Assembly: GCA_944393315.1 (NCBI GenBank)
Contig: CALXZT010000002.1
Coordinates: 1-53,200, forward strand
Reading direction: 5' to 3'
DNA: 53,200 bases
DNA from: an uncultured Clostridia bacterium
Lineage (GTDB): Bacteria > Bacillota > Clostridia > TANB77 > CAG-508
A program made the translations under genes and the position numbers. Every line of letters begins with the position of its first letter. Within the stretch, counting starts at the first letter, position 1. This document shows, piece by piece, positions 1 through 10,415 of the stretch. The notes beneath the pieces were generated by a model. The model was not told the origin of the DNA. It saw only the letters and a list, made by a program, of their open reading frames with translations, and did not search any database.

Positions 1-254
1 TATTCTTCTAATTCAGATAATTTAATCTTCTTATATAAATTAGAAATATACACATCATTTGAATAATTAAAAACTAAGAATGTAATATCTTTAATTATTA
101 CTCTATGTGGTTCAATATATGTGAGATTAGTTTTTTCAATTTTTCTAATACTACCATTAATAAAAGTAGGAGTAATTTTAGAAAATTCACATATAAATTC
201 TAGTCTTTGCTTTAGACTTTCTTCAAATTGTAATTCTTGCTTAATTATCTTCAT
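1..254 (-). CDS. Hypothetical protein, first 84 codons only (gene runs off the left edge)
   Basis: Absent from the ORF track because it is truncated. ATG at 254..252 is preceded by AGGATGG (revcomp of 264..270). About 84 stop-free codons follow (MKIIKQELQFEESLKQRLEFICEF...) to the window edge. No family recognised. Confidence 0.4.
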   Translation of the reverse strand, partial: MKIIKQELQFEESLKQRLEFICEFSKITPTFINGSIRKIEKTNLTYIEPHRVIIKDITFLVFNYSNDVYISNLYKKIKLSELEE

Positions 255-382
255 TTATTTGCACCATCCTTTCGATTGGATGATTTTTATATTGTTTATA
301 GACAACAAAAAAATCAACCAGATTTTATTTTCTGATTGATTTTGTATCTACCTATTCAATTTAGTTCGAACAGATACGTCAT

Positions 383-458
383 TGGTGCCTACAACCAGAA
401 TCGAACTGGTGACCTCAGCCTTACCAAGGCTGCGCTCTGCCGACTGAGCTATATAGGC
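383..458 (-). tRNA. tRNA-Thr (anticodon GGU), CCA encoded
   Basis: The reverse complement folds as a cloverleaf: acceptor GCCTATA/TGTAGGC, D stem GCTC/GAGC, anticodon stem CAGCC/GGCTG with loop TTGGTAA, T stem ACCAG/CTGGT with loop TTCGATT, then ACCA. Length 76 nt. Confidence 0.95.
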
Positions 459-602
459 ATTTTTTAGTCTTTAGTTATTATAAACTGTATTCTTAATTTT
501 GTAAATAGTTTTGAGATTTTTTATTTTCAATTTACATGTGTGTTCTATAATATTAATCTTAGTGATATAGAATTCCAACTATTTTTTAAAATAAAATCTG
601 TA

Positions 603-629
603 ACACAATTTTTATAAATTCATAATATA
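603..629 (+). promoter_or_regulatory. Possible sigma-K-type promoter (AC-N16-CATAATATA) upstream of the Cys/Gly peptide gene
   Basis: AC at 603..604, a 16-nt spacer, then CATAATATA at 621..629, about 100 nt upstream of the ATG at 733. It matches the AC-N16/17-CATAnnnTA pattern known for sigma-K promoters. AT-rich context makes chance matches likely. Confidence 0.25.
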
Positions 630-732
630 TACCATACTAAAGAAATTTCAAAAGAAAAATCTAAAAGATTATACTTAAAAAACTAATCCTTTAGAAAATA
701 ACACACTATCTAAGGAGAGGGGGGGAAATGAG

Positions 733-855
733 ATGCCAGAAAATAGAGGAGGATGCGGTTGCGGTTTCGGATTCGGTGATGACTGCTGCTGGATTATAAT
801 TCTTATACTTTTAATATGTTGCTGCTGTGGTGGTAACAGAGGAGGCTGCTGTTAG
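733..855 (+). CDS. Tiny Cys/Gly-rich membrane peptide, YjcZ-like (sporulation-associated tiny TM peptide family)
   Basis: Below the ORF-track size cut-off. Strong SD TAAGGAGAGGGGGGG (711..727) precedes the ATG at 733, with TAG at 853..855. Translation is MPENRGGCGCGFGFGDDCCWIIILILLICCCCGGNRGGCC: Gly/Cys-rich ends around one hydrophobic core, the layout of YjcZ-type peptides. A hairpin terminator follows. Confidence 0.6.
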   Translation: MPENRGGCGCGFGFGDDCCWIIILILLICCCCGGNRGGCC

Positions 856-876
856 TTTCCCTATCTAATAAAAAAA

Positions 877-900
877 CTGTCAAAGAGAAATCTCTGGCAG
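877..900. terminator. Bidirectional hairpin terminator between the peptide gene and spoVT
   Basis: CTGTCA-AA-GAG / CTC-TGGCAG stem with loop AAAT, flanked by an A-run (871..876) and a T-rich run (901..912). Confidence 0.5.
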
Positions 901-947
901 TTCTTTTATTTTGATTTTTTCATGATATTCACTCGAATAAAAATTAT

Positions 948-1502
948 TTATATTTCCATTTGGCTTCCTAAAAACGTAGCTGCTGATTGTGCCACTTTTG
1001 TTTCTACATCATTCATTTTTACATTTGCATCTTTTGCTAATAATATTACTGTCCCAATTGTATCTCCATTTGATATTATTGGATATACTACTTGAGAATT
1101 ATATTTTCTTTCACTATTGTCATTTCTTGTTATAGGCATTGAAATATTACTATTTTCTTTGCTTGTATATATTTCTTTATCCTCCATTAATTGTTCTAAT
1201 TCTTCACTTATATTTTGTTCTAAAAATTCTTTTTTAGAACCTCCTGATACTGCTATTATTGTGTCTTTATCTGTTATACAAGCAATATGCCCTGTTGTTT
1301 TTGATAGTGTTTCAGCATACTCTGTTGCGAATTCAGAAAGTTCTCCTATTGGAGAGTATTTTTTTAGTATTATTTGACCTTCTCTATCTGTAAATATTTC
1401 TAATGGGTCTCCTTCTTTTATTCTTAATGTTTTTCTAATTTCTTTTGGAATTACAACTCTTCCTAAATCATCTATTCTTCTTACAACTCCAGTTGCTTTC
1501 AC
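948..1502 (-). CDS. spoVT: Stage V sporulation protein T (AbrB-family forespore transcription regulator)
   Basis: N-terminal SpoVT/AbrB swapped-hairpin motif MKATGVVRRIDDLGRVVIPKEIRKTLRIKEGDPLEIF plus a GAF-like C-terminal half. Length of 184 aa is typical. GTG start with GGAGGGG SD. Confidence 0.9.
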   Translation of the reverse strand: MKATGVVRRIDDLGRVVIPKEIRKTLRIKEGDPLEIFTDREGQIILKKYSPIGELSEFATEYAETLSKTTGHIACITDKDTIIAVSGGSKKEFLEQNISEELEQLMEDKEIYTSKENSNISMPITRNDNSERKYNSQVVYPIISNGDTIGTVILLAKDANVKMNDVETKVAQSAATFLGSQMEI

Positions 1503-1534
1503 ATTTTCCCCTCCTTTTTTGCCATGTTTAGTAT

Positions 1535-1564
1535 TATTATGTCAATAAGGGAAATTTTTTATGC
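1535..1564 (-). promoter_or_regulatory. Forespore sigma-G/sigma-F-type promoter candidate for spoVT
   Basis: On the minus strand: GCATA (1564..1560), an 18-nt spacer, then CATAATA (1541..1535). This fits the GnATR-N17/18-CATnnTA pattern. spoVT is sigma-G dependent in Bacillus. Confidence 0.4.
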
Positions 1565-1632
1565 ATTAAAAATAAATTTTTCAAAATATATTATTTTATG
1601 GTATAAGAAAAAGCAGTTTTCCATAAAAATAA

Positions 1633-1660
1633 GCAAAAATATTTTTTAAAATATTTTTGC
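1633..1660 (-). terminator. Rho-independent terminator downstream of greA
   Basis: GCAAAAATATTTT / AAAATATTTTTGC perfect 13-bp arms, followed on the minus strand by a T-rich run. Confidence 0.6.
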
Positions 1661-1677
1661 CTATTTTTATTTTTTTA

Positions 1678-2154
1678 TTATTTTTTTATTGATAAGATTT
1701 TGTATTGGATTACTCCTGCAGGTGCTTCAACTTCAATTGTTGCTCCTTTTTTTGCACCTAAAAGTGCTTTTCCAATAGGAGATTCATTTGAAATTTTATT
1801 TTCTGCAAGATTAACTTCTGTTGAGCCAACTATTGTATATTCTACGTCTTCGTCAAATTCAATGTCATGTAATTTTACAGTGTTTCCTATTTGAACTATT
1901 TTTGTGTCTATATCTTTTTCATCTATTACTTTAGCATATCTCAATTTATTTTCTAATTCTGCTATCTTAACTTCATTTTCAGATTGAGCATTTTTTGCTT
2001 CATCATATTCTGAATTTTCAGATAAGTCTCCAAATCCTAATGCTACTTTTATTCTTTCAGCAATCTCTACCCTTTTTTCTGTTTTAAGGTATTCTAATTC
2101 TTTCTCTAAATTATTATATCCCTCTTGTGTTAGAATAACTTCATTTTCTTCCAT
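1678..2154 (-). CDS. greA: Transcription elongation factor GreA
   Basis: 158 aa. N-terminal coiled-coil ([17 protein letters not shown]...[30 protein letters not shown]) plus a C-terminal FKBP-like domain ([22 protein letters not shown]). Confidence 0.93.
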   Translation of the reverse strand: MEENEVILTQEGYNNLEKELEYLKTEKRVEIAERIKVALGFGDLSENSEYDEAKNAQSENEVKIAELENKLRYAKVIDEKDIDTKIVQIGNTVKLHDIEFDEDVEYTIVGSTEVNLAENKISNESPIGKALLGAKKGATIEVEAPAGVIQYKILSIKK

Positions 2155-2189
2155 TGAATGTTTCCCTCTTTCTTGTTAAATTTTTTAAT

Positions 2190-2218
2190 ATATTAAATCA
2201 TATTTCTGTTTTTGTCAA
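2190..2218 (-). promoter_or_regulatory. Sigma-A promoter candidate for greA
   Basis: Minus strand: TTGACA (2218..2213), a 17-nt spacer, then TAATAT (2195..2190), about 35 nt upstream of the greA ATG. Confidence 0.5.
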
Positions 2219-2257
2219 TGTTTTTGGGAAATTTTTGCTAAGTAATTTAATTTTCTA

Positions 2258-4266
<2,009 letters not shown>

Positions 4267-4282
4267 CTAATTATATCGAAAA

Positions 4283-4309
4283 TTAGCAGTCTAACTTTTA
4301 GACTGCTAA
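4283..4309 (-). promoter_or_regulatory. CIRCE operator (HrcA binding site) in the groES-groEL leader
   Basis: TTAGCAGTC-N9-GACTGCTAA matches the CIRCE consensus TTAGCACTC-N9-GAGTGCTAA with one symmetric change. It sits directly downstream of a TTGACA -35 (revcomp of 4334..4339) and about 50 nt upstream of groES. Confidence 0.85.
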
Positions 4310-4422
4310 TAATTTATACCCGTTTTTAAAATTTGTCAATAGATATTTTAAATTTTTCACATTTTTTTCACATTTTTTTATTCCGACCTTTTTATAAATA
4401 TTATTTTTTGATTTGACGATAC

Positions 4423-5268
4423 TTATTTAACAGTAGTTACGATTACTCTATCATTTCCATATAAGTCTTTTTTACAATATGTTTTTGCATATGTTTTTGC
4501 ATTTTTTATTATTTCTATCACTTCTTCTTTTTGGTCATATCCTATTTCGAAACATAAATAACTATCAAACTTTAAGTGTGGATAAGCTTCTTCTACTATC
4601 TGCTTGTAAAATTTAAGTCCATCTCTTCCGCCATCTAGTGCTATTACAGGCTCTTTTTGTACTTCTTTTTCCAAAGTTTTTATAACCCCTGTTTTTATAT
4701 ATGGCGGATTTGATACTACAATATCAAACTTCATTCCTTTCATTTTTTCAAACAAATCTGATTTTATAAATTCTATTTTATCTGCTACATCGTTGTTGAT
4801 TGCATTTATTTTGGCAATTTCTAATGCCTCTTTACTGACATCTGACGCATATACTTTGCAATTTGGTAAATACCTTGCTATTGATACTGCAATTGCTCCG
4901 CTTCCGGTACATAAATCTAATATTGTTGGATTTCTTTTTGTCTTTCCTAGTTTAATTACCTCTTCTACTAAAACTTCTGTATCAGGTCTTGGTATTAAAA
5001 CATCACTATTTACAAAAAAATTCATTTTCATAAATTCTTGTGAATTTGTTATATGCTGAAGTGGTGTTCCATTTGCAAGCTTTTCTAGATTTTGCATATA
5101 TGTTCTTTCTTGCTGAGGTGTTATTTGCTCATTATCATATATTATTAATTGTTCTCTTTTTTTATTTAGGACATATTGCAAAAGTAGCCTTGCTTTTAGT
5201 TTTGGGCTATCTATTTTGTTTGATTTTAATATTATCATACCTTTGTTTAAGGCCTGTTTTATGGTCAT
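4423..5268 (-). CDS. prmC: Peptide chain release factor N5-glutamine methyltransferase (PrmC/HemK)
   Basis: SAM-binding motif ILDLCTGSGAIAV and catalytic VSNPPYI (NPPY). The ORF-track start at 5364 has no SD. The ATG at 5268 (MTIKQALNKG...) is preceded by AAGGAGA and matches the usual protein length (281 aa). Confidence 0.85.
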   Translation of the reverse strand: MTIKQALNKGMIILKSNKIDSPKLKARLLLQYVLNKKREQLIIYDNEQITPQQERTYMQNLEKLANGTPLQHITNSQEFMKMNFFVNSDVLIPRPDTEVLVEEVIKLGKTKRNPTILDLCTGSGAIAVSIARYLPNCKVYASDVSKEALEIAKINAINNDVADKIEFIKSDLFEKMKGMKFDIVVSNPPYIKTGVIKTLEKEVQKEPVIALDGGRDGLKFYKQIVEEAYPHLKFDSYLCFEIGYDQKEEVIEIIKNAKTYAKTYCKKDLYGNDRVIVTTVK

Positions 5269-5401
5269 GTTCTTCTCCTTTTGGAAAGCTTTTCCATTTT
5301 TTAGATTAGAAAGAATCTGCTCGATTTTTATATTTTTATTAATGTTATTATATAGCATTTTCATATAAAATGGAAGTAGAACTTTTTTATTATATAAAAA
5401 T

Positions 5402-5443
5402 AAATCTTAAATATTAAACGATTTTGTCTAATATTTAAGATTT
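5402..5443 (-). terminator. Hairpin terminator downstream of the acyl-CoA synthetase gene
   Basis: About 14-bp arms AATCTTAAATATTA / TAATATTTAAGATT with a 12-nt loop, and a T-rich tail on the minus strand. Confidence 0.5.
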
Positions 5444-5473
5444 ATTTTACACTTTTATAATATTTTTGATAAT

Positions 5474-7204
5474 TTATTTTTTATTTTCTTTTTTTATCTC
5501 TTCAAATCTTTTTATTTTTGCAGTTGTTGTCTTAATCATTGGCTCATTTGTTAAAATTAGGTTTTTAATATATTTATATTTTGGTAATGTCTTATTAATT
5601 TTTTTCATATCCTCCCAAACAATTTTCTTAAATTCTTCTTCTGTCTTGTCTGGATAATTTTGTTTTACATATTCTTCATTGTAGACAATTTTTACTGATA
5701 ATAGTAAATCATCATCTTTTTCTTTTCCAAATGCCATTACTTCTGCTACATAAGGAAGTTTTACAATTAAAGCTTCTATTTCCTCTGGATAAATATTTTT
5801 TCCATTTTTTAAAACTATTACATTTTTTTGCCTTCCTGTTATAAATACATATCCATCTTTGTCAATATATCCTAAGTCACCTGTATAAAACCAACCATCT
5901 TTTAAAACTTCATTTGTTTCTTCTTCCATTTCATAGTAACCAAGCATTACATTTTTTCCTTTTACTACAAGTTCTCCTATTCCATTTTCGTTTGGATTAT
6001 CTATTTTTACTTCTACTCCTGGCAAAGGAAGACCTATTGAACCACTTCTTAAATGATATTCATCTTCAGCAGTTACTACTGGTGATGTTTCAGTTAATCC
6101 ATATCCTTGAACTGCAAGTATGCCAAAATCATTTAACCCTTCTGAAACTTCTTTATCTAATGCTGCTGCTCCACTTACTACAAATCTAATATTTCCACCA
6201 AGTTCATCTAGTATCTGTTTAAATAATTTTCTTCTAATGTCTATATTGAATTTAAGTAAAAATCTACTTAATTTTCGTGCAAATTTTATTAAATTTGTTT
6301 TTCCTTGCTTTTCTACTTGTGCCATAATCTTTTTATAAATTGCTTCTAGTAATAATGGTACACAAACAAATACTGTAACTTTGTATTCTTTTAAGTTTTC
6401 TTGAATATGTCTTAACCCATCGCAAAATACATTTGTTATACCATGTGATAGAAATAATATTATTGCTGTTGAACCAAATGTATGGTGAAATGGTAAAAAC
6501 GCTATATTTATATCTGTATCATAGAATTTTTCCACTTGATTCATATAATATATATCACTTGCTATGTTTCTGCTTGAAAGCATTACTGCTTTTGAACTTG
6601 AAGTTGTTCCTGAAGTAAATACTATGCTTGACATTCCATCTGGGTCTACTTTATGATTTTCAAATCTTTTATCTTTATTTTTTACTCTTTCTGTACCTTT
6701 TTTTATTAAGTCATATAAATATAAATTCTCTTGATTTTCTTTTGAGTTCATACATATAAAATATTTTAGATTGGTATTGTTTTGTGTTTTTATTTTGTTT
6801 ATTACTTCTATATATTCTTCTTCAAATACAATTGCATCTGCTTTGCTTCTTTGTATTGACATTATTATTTCACTTTCTTGCAAGCCTTTATCTAATGGGA
6901 CTGTTATTCCTACTCCAGTCATAACTGTAGTATATGTTAATGCCCACTCATAACTGTTTTTTCCAATAATTGCTATTCTTTTATTTTCTAATCCTAAATC
7001 AATAAGTGCTGTTCCTAATGCTTGCATGTCTTTACCATATTTTTCATATGTTATATTTGTGTATGTTATTTTTTTGCCATCTTTATTTTTTATTATAAAT
7101 GCTTTATTTTTCGAATATTTTTTAATGGCTGTTCTTAAGTACTCTCCTACTGTATCAAAGCTTTGAGCATTTTTAAAAATCTCATCATTTTTCTGTTTTT
7201 TCAT
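5474..7204 (-). CDS. Long-chain acyl-CoA synthetase (AMP-forming, FadD-like), copy 1
   Basis: 576 aa. AMP-binding signature IVFTSGTTSSSKAVMLSSRN, GYGLTETSPV, YTGDLGYIDKDGYVFITGRQKNVIVLKNGKNIYPEEIE. SD AGAGGGG. Confidence 0.85.
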   Translation of the reverse strand: MKKQKNDEIFKNAQSFDTVGEYLRTAIKKYSKNKAFIIKNKDGKKITYTNITYEKYGKDMQALGTALIDLGLENKRIAIIGKNSYEWALTYTTVMTGVGITVPLDKGLQESEIIMSIQRSKADAIVFEEEYIEVINKIKTQNNTNLKYFICMNSKENQENLYLYDLIKKGTERVKNKDKRFENHKVDPDGMSSIVFTSGTTSSSKAVMLSSRNIASDIYYMNQVEKFYDTDINIAFLPFHHTFGSTAIILFLSHGITNVFCDGLRHIQENLKEYKVTVFVCVPLLLEAIYKKIMAQVEKQGKTNLIKFARKLSRFLLKFNIDIRRKLFKQILDELGGNIRFVVSGAAALDKEVSEGLNDFGILAVQGYGLTETSPVVTAEDEYHLRSGSIGLPLPGVEVKIDNPNENGIGELVVKGKNVMLGYYEMEEETNEVLKDGWFYTGDLGYIDKDGYVFITGRQKNVIVLKNGKNIYPEEIEALIVKLPYVAEVMAFGKEKDDDLLLSVKIVYNEEYVKQNYPDKTEEEFKKIVWEDMKKINKTLPKYKYIKNLILTNEPMIKTTTAKIKRFEEIKKENKK

Positions 7205-7219
7205 ATTTTCCCCTCTTTC

Positions 7220-7240
7220 ACATAGTATTGAATACTATGT
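7220..7240. promoter_or_regulatory. Perfect 9-3-9 palindrome (candidate repressor operator) in the leader of acyl-CoA synthetase copy 1
   Basis: ACATAGTAT-TGA-ATACTATGT lies 6 nt upstream of the SD of the 5474..7204 gene, in the divergent intergenic region. Confidence 0.35.
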
Positions 7241-7424
7241 TATCAGATATTTAATATTAAGTCAATATCTTGACTGGTAATTCAAATTATTATTTGTTAA
7301 ATCTGCTTATACATTAATCACATAAAATTTATATCTATTTATTGCAAGATACATCTTTAAGTGATTGACGTTATGGTTTGACTCTATACATATTTTGTGT
7401 TATTATAACTACGAGGTGAGACAC

Positions 7425-7922
7425 ATGCCAGATGTAGATTTTGATGTTAATGCTTTTCATATACCTAGATGGAATGAACTACCAAATATAGATTTGTATA
7501 TGGATCAAGTTCTTAATTATATTGAAAATTATTTGAAAGATTATATTAAAATAGAATCTAATGAAAAATTTATTACTAAAACAATGATTAATAATTATGT
7601 TAAACAGGATATTTTATTGCCTCCTGTAAATAAAAAATATAATAGACTACATATAGCTGAGTTATTTGCAATTTGCATTTTAAAACAGGTTTATAGTATT
7701 TCTGAAATTAAAAATCTTATAAATCTGGCGCTAAAGACATCTTCTCCCGAAGTTGGATATAATAAATTTTGCGATTGCCTGACAGAATCTCTAATTTCGA
7801 CTTTTAATGGTACAGAATATTCTGTCGCTTCAGATTTAACAAAAGAACAGTATCTTTTAAAAAATGTAGTTCAGTCATTTGCCAATAAATTATATGTACA
7901 AATTACATATTTAAATAAATAA
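7425..7922 (+). CDS. DUF1836 domain-containing protein
   Basis: MPDVDFDVNAFHIPRWNELPNIDLYMDQVLNYIENYL...ITKTMINNYVKQ matches the conserved DUF1836 N-terminal pattern. The ATG at 7425 has a GAGGTGAG SD. The ORF-track start at 7365 has none. Confidence 0.65.
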   Translation: MPDVDFDVNAFHIPRWNELPNIDLYMDQVLNYIENYLKDYIKIESNEKFITKTMINNYVKQDILLPPVNKKYNRLHIAELFAICILKQVYSISEIKNLINLALKTSSPEVGYNKFCDCLTESLISTFNGTEYSVASDLTKEQYLLKNVVQSFANKLYVQITYLNK

Positions 7923-7952
7923 TTGGAAAAGGAGTTGATTTTTCTTTTCCAA
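7923..7952 (+). terminator. Terminator hairpin, GGAAAAG-family (copy 1)
   Basis: TTGGAAAAGGA / TTCTTTTCCAA arms followed by TTTTT, starting 1 nt after the DUF1836 stop codon. Confidence 0.7.
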
Positions 7953-7989
7953 TTTTTATTTAATTTAAGTCCATATGATAATTTAAAAA

Positions 7990-8019
7990 CTTGGAAAGGA
8001 GACCGTCCCCTTTTCCAAG
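7990..8019 (-). terminator. Terminator hairpin, GGAAAAG-family (copy 2)
   Basis: CTTGGAAAGG / CCTTTTCCAAG arms, 5 nt after the permease stop codon on the minus strand, followed by TTTTT. Confidence 0.7.
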
Positions 8020-8024
8020 TTTTA

Positions 8025-9284
8025 CTATTTTTCCTTAGATAATTTTAATAATTCTTTTATATTTAATCTTTTACCATAATGTAGTACTGCTCCTGAGTAT
8101 GCTTTTATTGAAATAAATGCAAGTAGAACTGCTGTCACTAATAATATTGCAATAGATATTATAATTTCCCAACTAGCAACTCCTCCCGCAAGAATTCTTC
8201 CTGGCATAGAAAAAGCTGATGAAAATGGAAATATTGAAGCAAATTTGCTAGCAGAACTATCTGGTACTGTTGCTGTAAAGTATGCTAAATAAAATGAAAT
8301 TAAAGCTATCATTGCAACTGGCATTTGAGCTGAATTTAAATCTTCTACTTTGCTTACAGTTGCACCTGTTACGGCATTTAGGAATGCATATACTGTATAT
8401 CCTAGGATAAAATATATCAAACATATTAATATTGAATATATATTAATATTCATATTTCCCATAATACTAGATATAATATCCATTTCTGGAGGTATGAATA
8501 ATTTATATGAAACAAATGCTGTAAATATTAATAATAACATCTGTCCTAGCCCAACTAATCCCATTGCTACTGTTTTTCCAAGTATTATATTTCTTGGTGT
8601 TGTTGAAGTTACCAATGTTTCCATTACTCTTGAAGTTTTTTCACTTGAAACAGAAACTGCTACATAATTTCCATAGAAGTATACTGCAAAAAATAGTATA
8701 AATGATGCAGCCATTGCTATTCCAGAGTTATCATTTGCATCTTGTAAATGTTTTGTTTCATATTCGATATCTGCATTAATTATATTAAGCGATTCTGGAC
8801 TTACATTTGCCTGTTTTAATATATTATTTATTTGTATTGTTTTTATCATTGATATAAACTGATTTATTATACTTTGATCATCAACATAAATGCTTCCATT
8901 AGATGTATATTTTAATTTAGCTGATTTTGTTTCTTCATCAAGTAAAACCTCTAGCATCCCATCTATTTCATTATTTTGAATCTTTTCTATTGCTTCATCC
9001 GTATTTGTTGTATTAATATCTATTTCCCAATTTATAGTTTTTCCCATTTCTACCAACGCATTTATGTCATTTCCTATTATATTGTCATGATCTATAAGTA
9101 CATATTTTAAACTTTGCTCTTCTTTTTCTTCTCCTCCGATTGTATTTACTATGTTTGGGATGTTACATACTAAAACAATCATCAACATTAAAATAATTGT
9201 TGTTATAATAAAAGATTTTTTAGTGACATTTTCTTTTATTGTGTATTTTAAAATTGTTATCATATCCTTCATTCTACTCACCAA
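8025..9284 (-). CDS. ABC-2 type transporter permease (NatB-like)
   Basis: 419 aa. N-terminal TM helix, a large extracytoplasmic loop, then about 5 C-terminal TM helices. Overlaps the upstream ATPase gene by 11 nt. Confidence 0.7.
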   Translation of the reverse strand: MVSRMKDMITILKYTIKENVTKKSFIITTIILMLMIVLVCNIPNIVNTIGGEEKEEQSLKYVLIDHDNIIGNDINALVEMGKTINWEIDINTTNTDEAIEKIQNNEIDGMLEVLLDEETKSAKLKYTSNGSIYVDDQSIINQFISMIKTIQINNILKQANVSPESLNIINADIEYETKHLQDANDNSGIAMAASFILFFAVYFYGNYVAVSVSSEKTSRVMETLVTSTTPRNIILGKTVAMGLVGLGQMLLLIFTAFVSYKLFIPPEMDIISSIMGNMNINIYSILICLIYFILGYTVYAFLNAVTGATVSKVEDLNSAQMPVAMIALISFYLAYFTATVPDSSASKFASIFPFSSAFSMPGRILAGGVASWEIIISIAILLVTAVLLAFISIKAYSGAVLHYGKRLNIKELLKLSKEK

Positions 9285-10161
9285 CCTTATCTATAAATAT
9301 TTCTTGAAGTGATGGCTCTTTTAATTCAAACTTTTGAATTACTACTTTATTTTCTACTAGAGTTTCTAGTAGTTTCTGAGCATCTTCCTCTTTCTCAATT
9401 TTGAATTCATATCCATTTGCCTTTTTGTCAATTATCTTAAAGTTTGCTGGTATATAGCCTTCAATATTTTGATAAGTTTCAATAAGTAGATTATTTCTAC
9501 CATATGATTTTTTTATTTCGTTTAGGTTTCCTTGTAACACTGTTTTTCCTTGTTTTAGCATTACTATATCTTGGCAATATTCCTCTACTACTGCCATTTG
9601 GTGACTTGATAAAATAATATATGTTCCTTGTTTTATTAAGTCCATAATTATTTCTTTAATTATCTTTGTATTTACAGGGTCTAGTCCACTAAATGGTTCA
9701 TCTAAAATTAGCAATTCCGGTTTATGTATGACTGCAATCATTAGTTGAACTTTTTGTTGATTTCCTTTTGATAATTGTTCAGCCGGTTTATATAAGTATT
9801 CTTCTAAGCCTAGTTTTTTGCACCAGCCTATAGTGGCTTCTTTTGCTTCTGCTTTTTTCATACCTTTTAATGTTGCAAAATACATTAATTGATCATATAA
9901 TTTAGCTTTCCCATAGATGCCTCTTTCTTCTGGTAAATAGCCAAATCTAACATTATCTTTACATACTTTTTTACCATTCCATGTGATTTCGCCTTCATCT
10001 TTTTGGATAATGTTTAATATCATTCTCATCGTAGTTGTTTTTCCAGCACCATTTGCACCTAGTAAACCATATACTCCCGGTTTTTCCATGCTAAATGATA
10101 TAGAATCTACAACTTTTTTGTCTCCATATGTTTTGCTTACTTTTTCAATCCTTAAGCCCAT
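9274..10161 (-). CDS. ABC transporter ATP-binding protein (NatA-like)
   Basis: Walker A GANGAGKTT, signature LSKGNQQKV, Walker B LLILDEPFSGLD. The ATG at 10161 (MGLRIEKVSK...) has a GGGGGAG SD. The ORF-track start at 10248 is an unsupported extension. Confidence 0.88.
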   Translation of the reverse strand: MGLRIEKVSKTYGDKKVVDSISFSMEKPGVYGLLGANGAGKTTTMRMILNIIQKDEGEITWNGKKVCKDNVRFGYLPEERGIYGKAKLYDQLMYFATLKGMKKAEAKEATIGWCKKLGLEEYLYKPAEQLSKGNQQKVQLMIAVIHKPELLILDEPFSGLDPVNTKIIKEIIMDLIKQGTYIILSSHQMAVVEEYCQDIVMLKQGKTVLQGNLNEIKKSYGRNNLLIETYQNIEGYIPANFKIIDKKANGYEFKIEKEEDAQKLLETLVENKVVIQKFELKEPSLQEIFIDKVGE

Positions 10162-10335
10162 TATTACTCCCCCTTTTTTCTGATTTTTAATTATAGAACT
10201 ATAACTGATACTCCAATTGATAATATTATTAATAAATGCAAAAGTCAATAGAAAAATAATTTTATTAGAAATATTTTTGGTAATAAATTAAAAGAATTAA
10301 AAAAGCTAAATTATCACAATAAAATTCAGCAAAAA

Positions 10336-10363
10336 ACGGCATAATTTATTACAATTATACCGT
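10336..10363 (-). terminator. Rho-independent terminator of the giant gene
   Basis: ACGGTATAATT / AATTATGCCGT stem (one G-U pair) followed by TTTTTT on the minus strand, about 50 nt after the stop codon. Confidence 0.7.
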
Positions 10364-10415
10364 TTTTATGCTTTACTCAGACTAATTTTAGAAAAGATTA
10401 TTGTGCCTTTTTCCA

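Noticed and set aside
121-339. 72-aa plus-strand ORF at the left edge
   Set aside because: It has no SD. It overlaps a better-supported minus-strand partial CDS (1..254, with SD and a plausible sequence). Its translation is hydrophobic low complexity.
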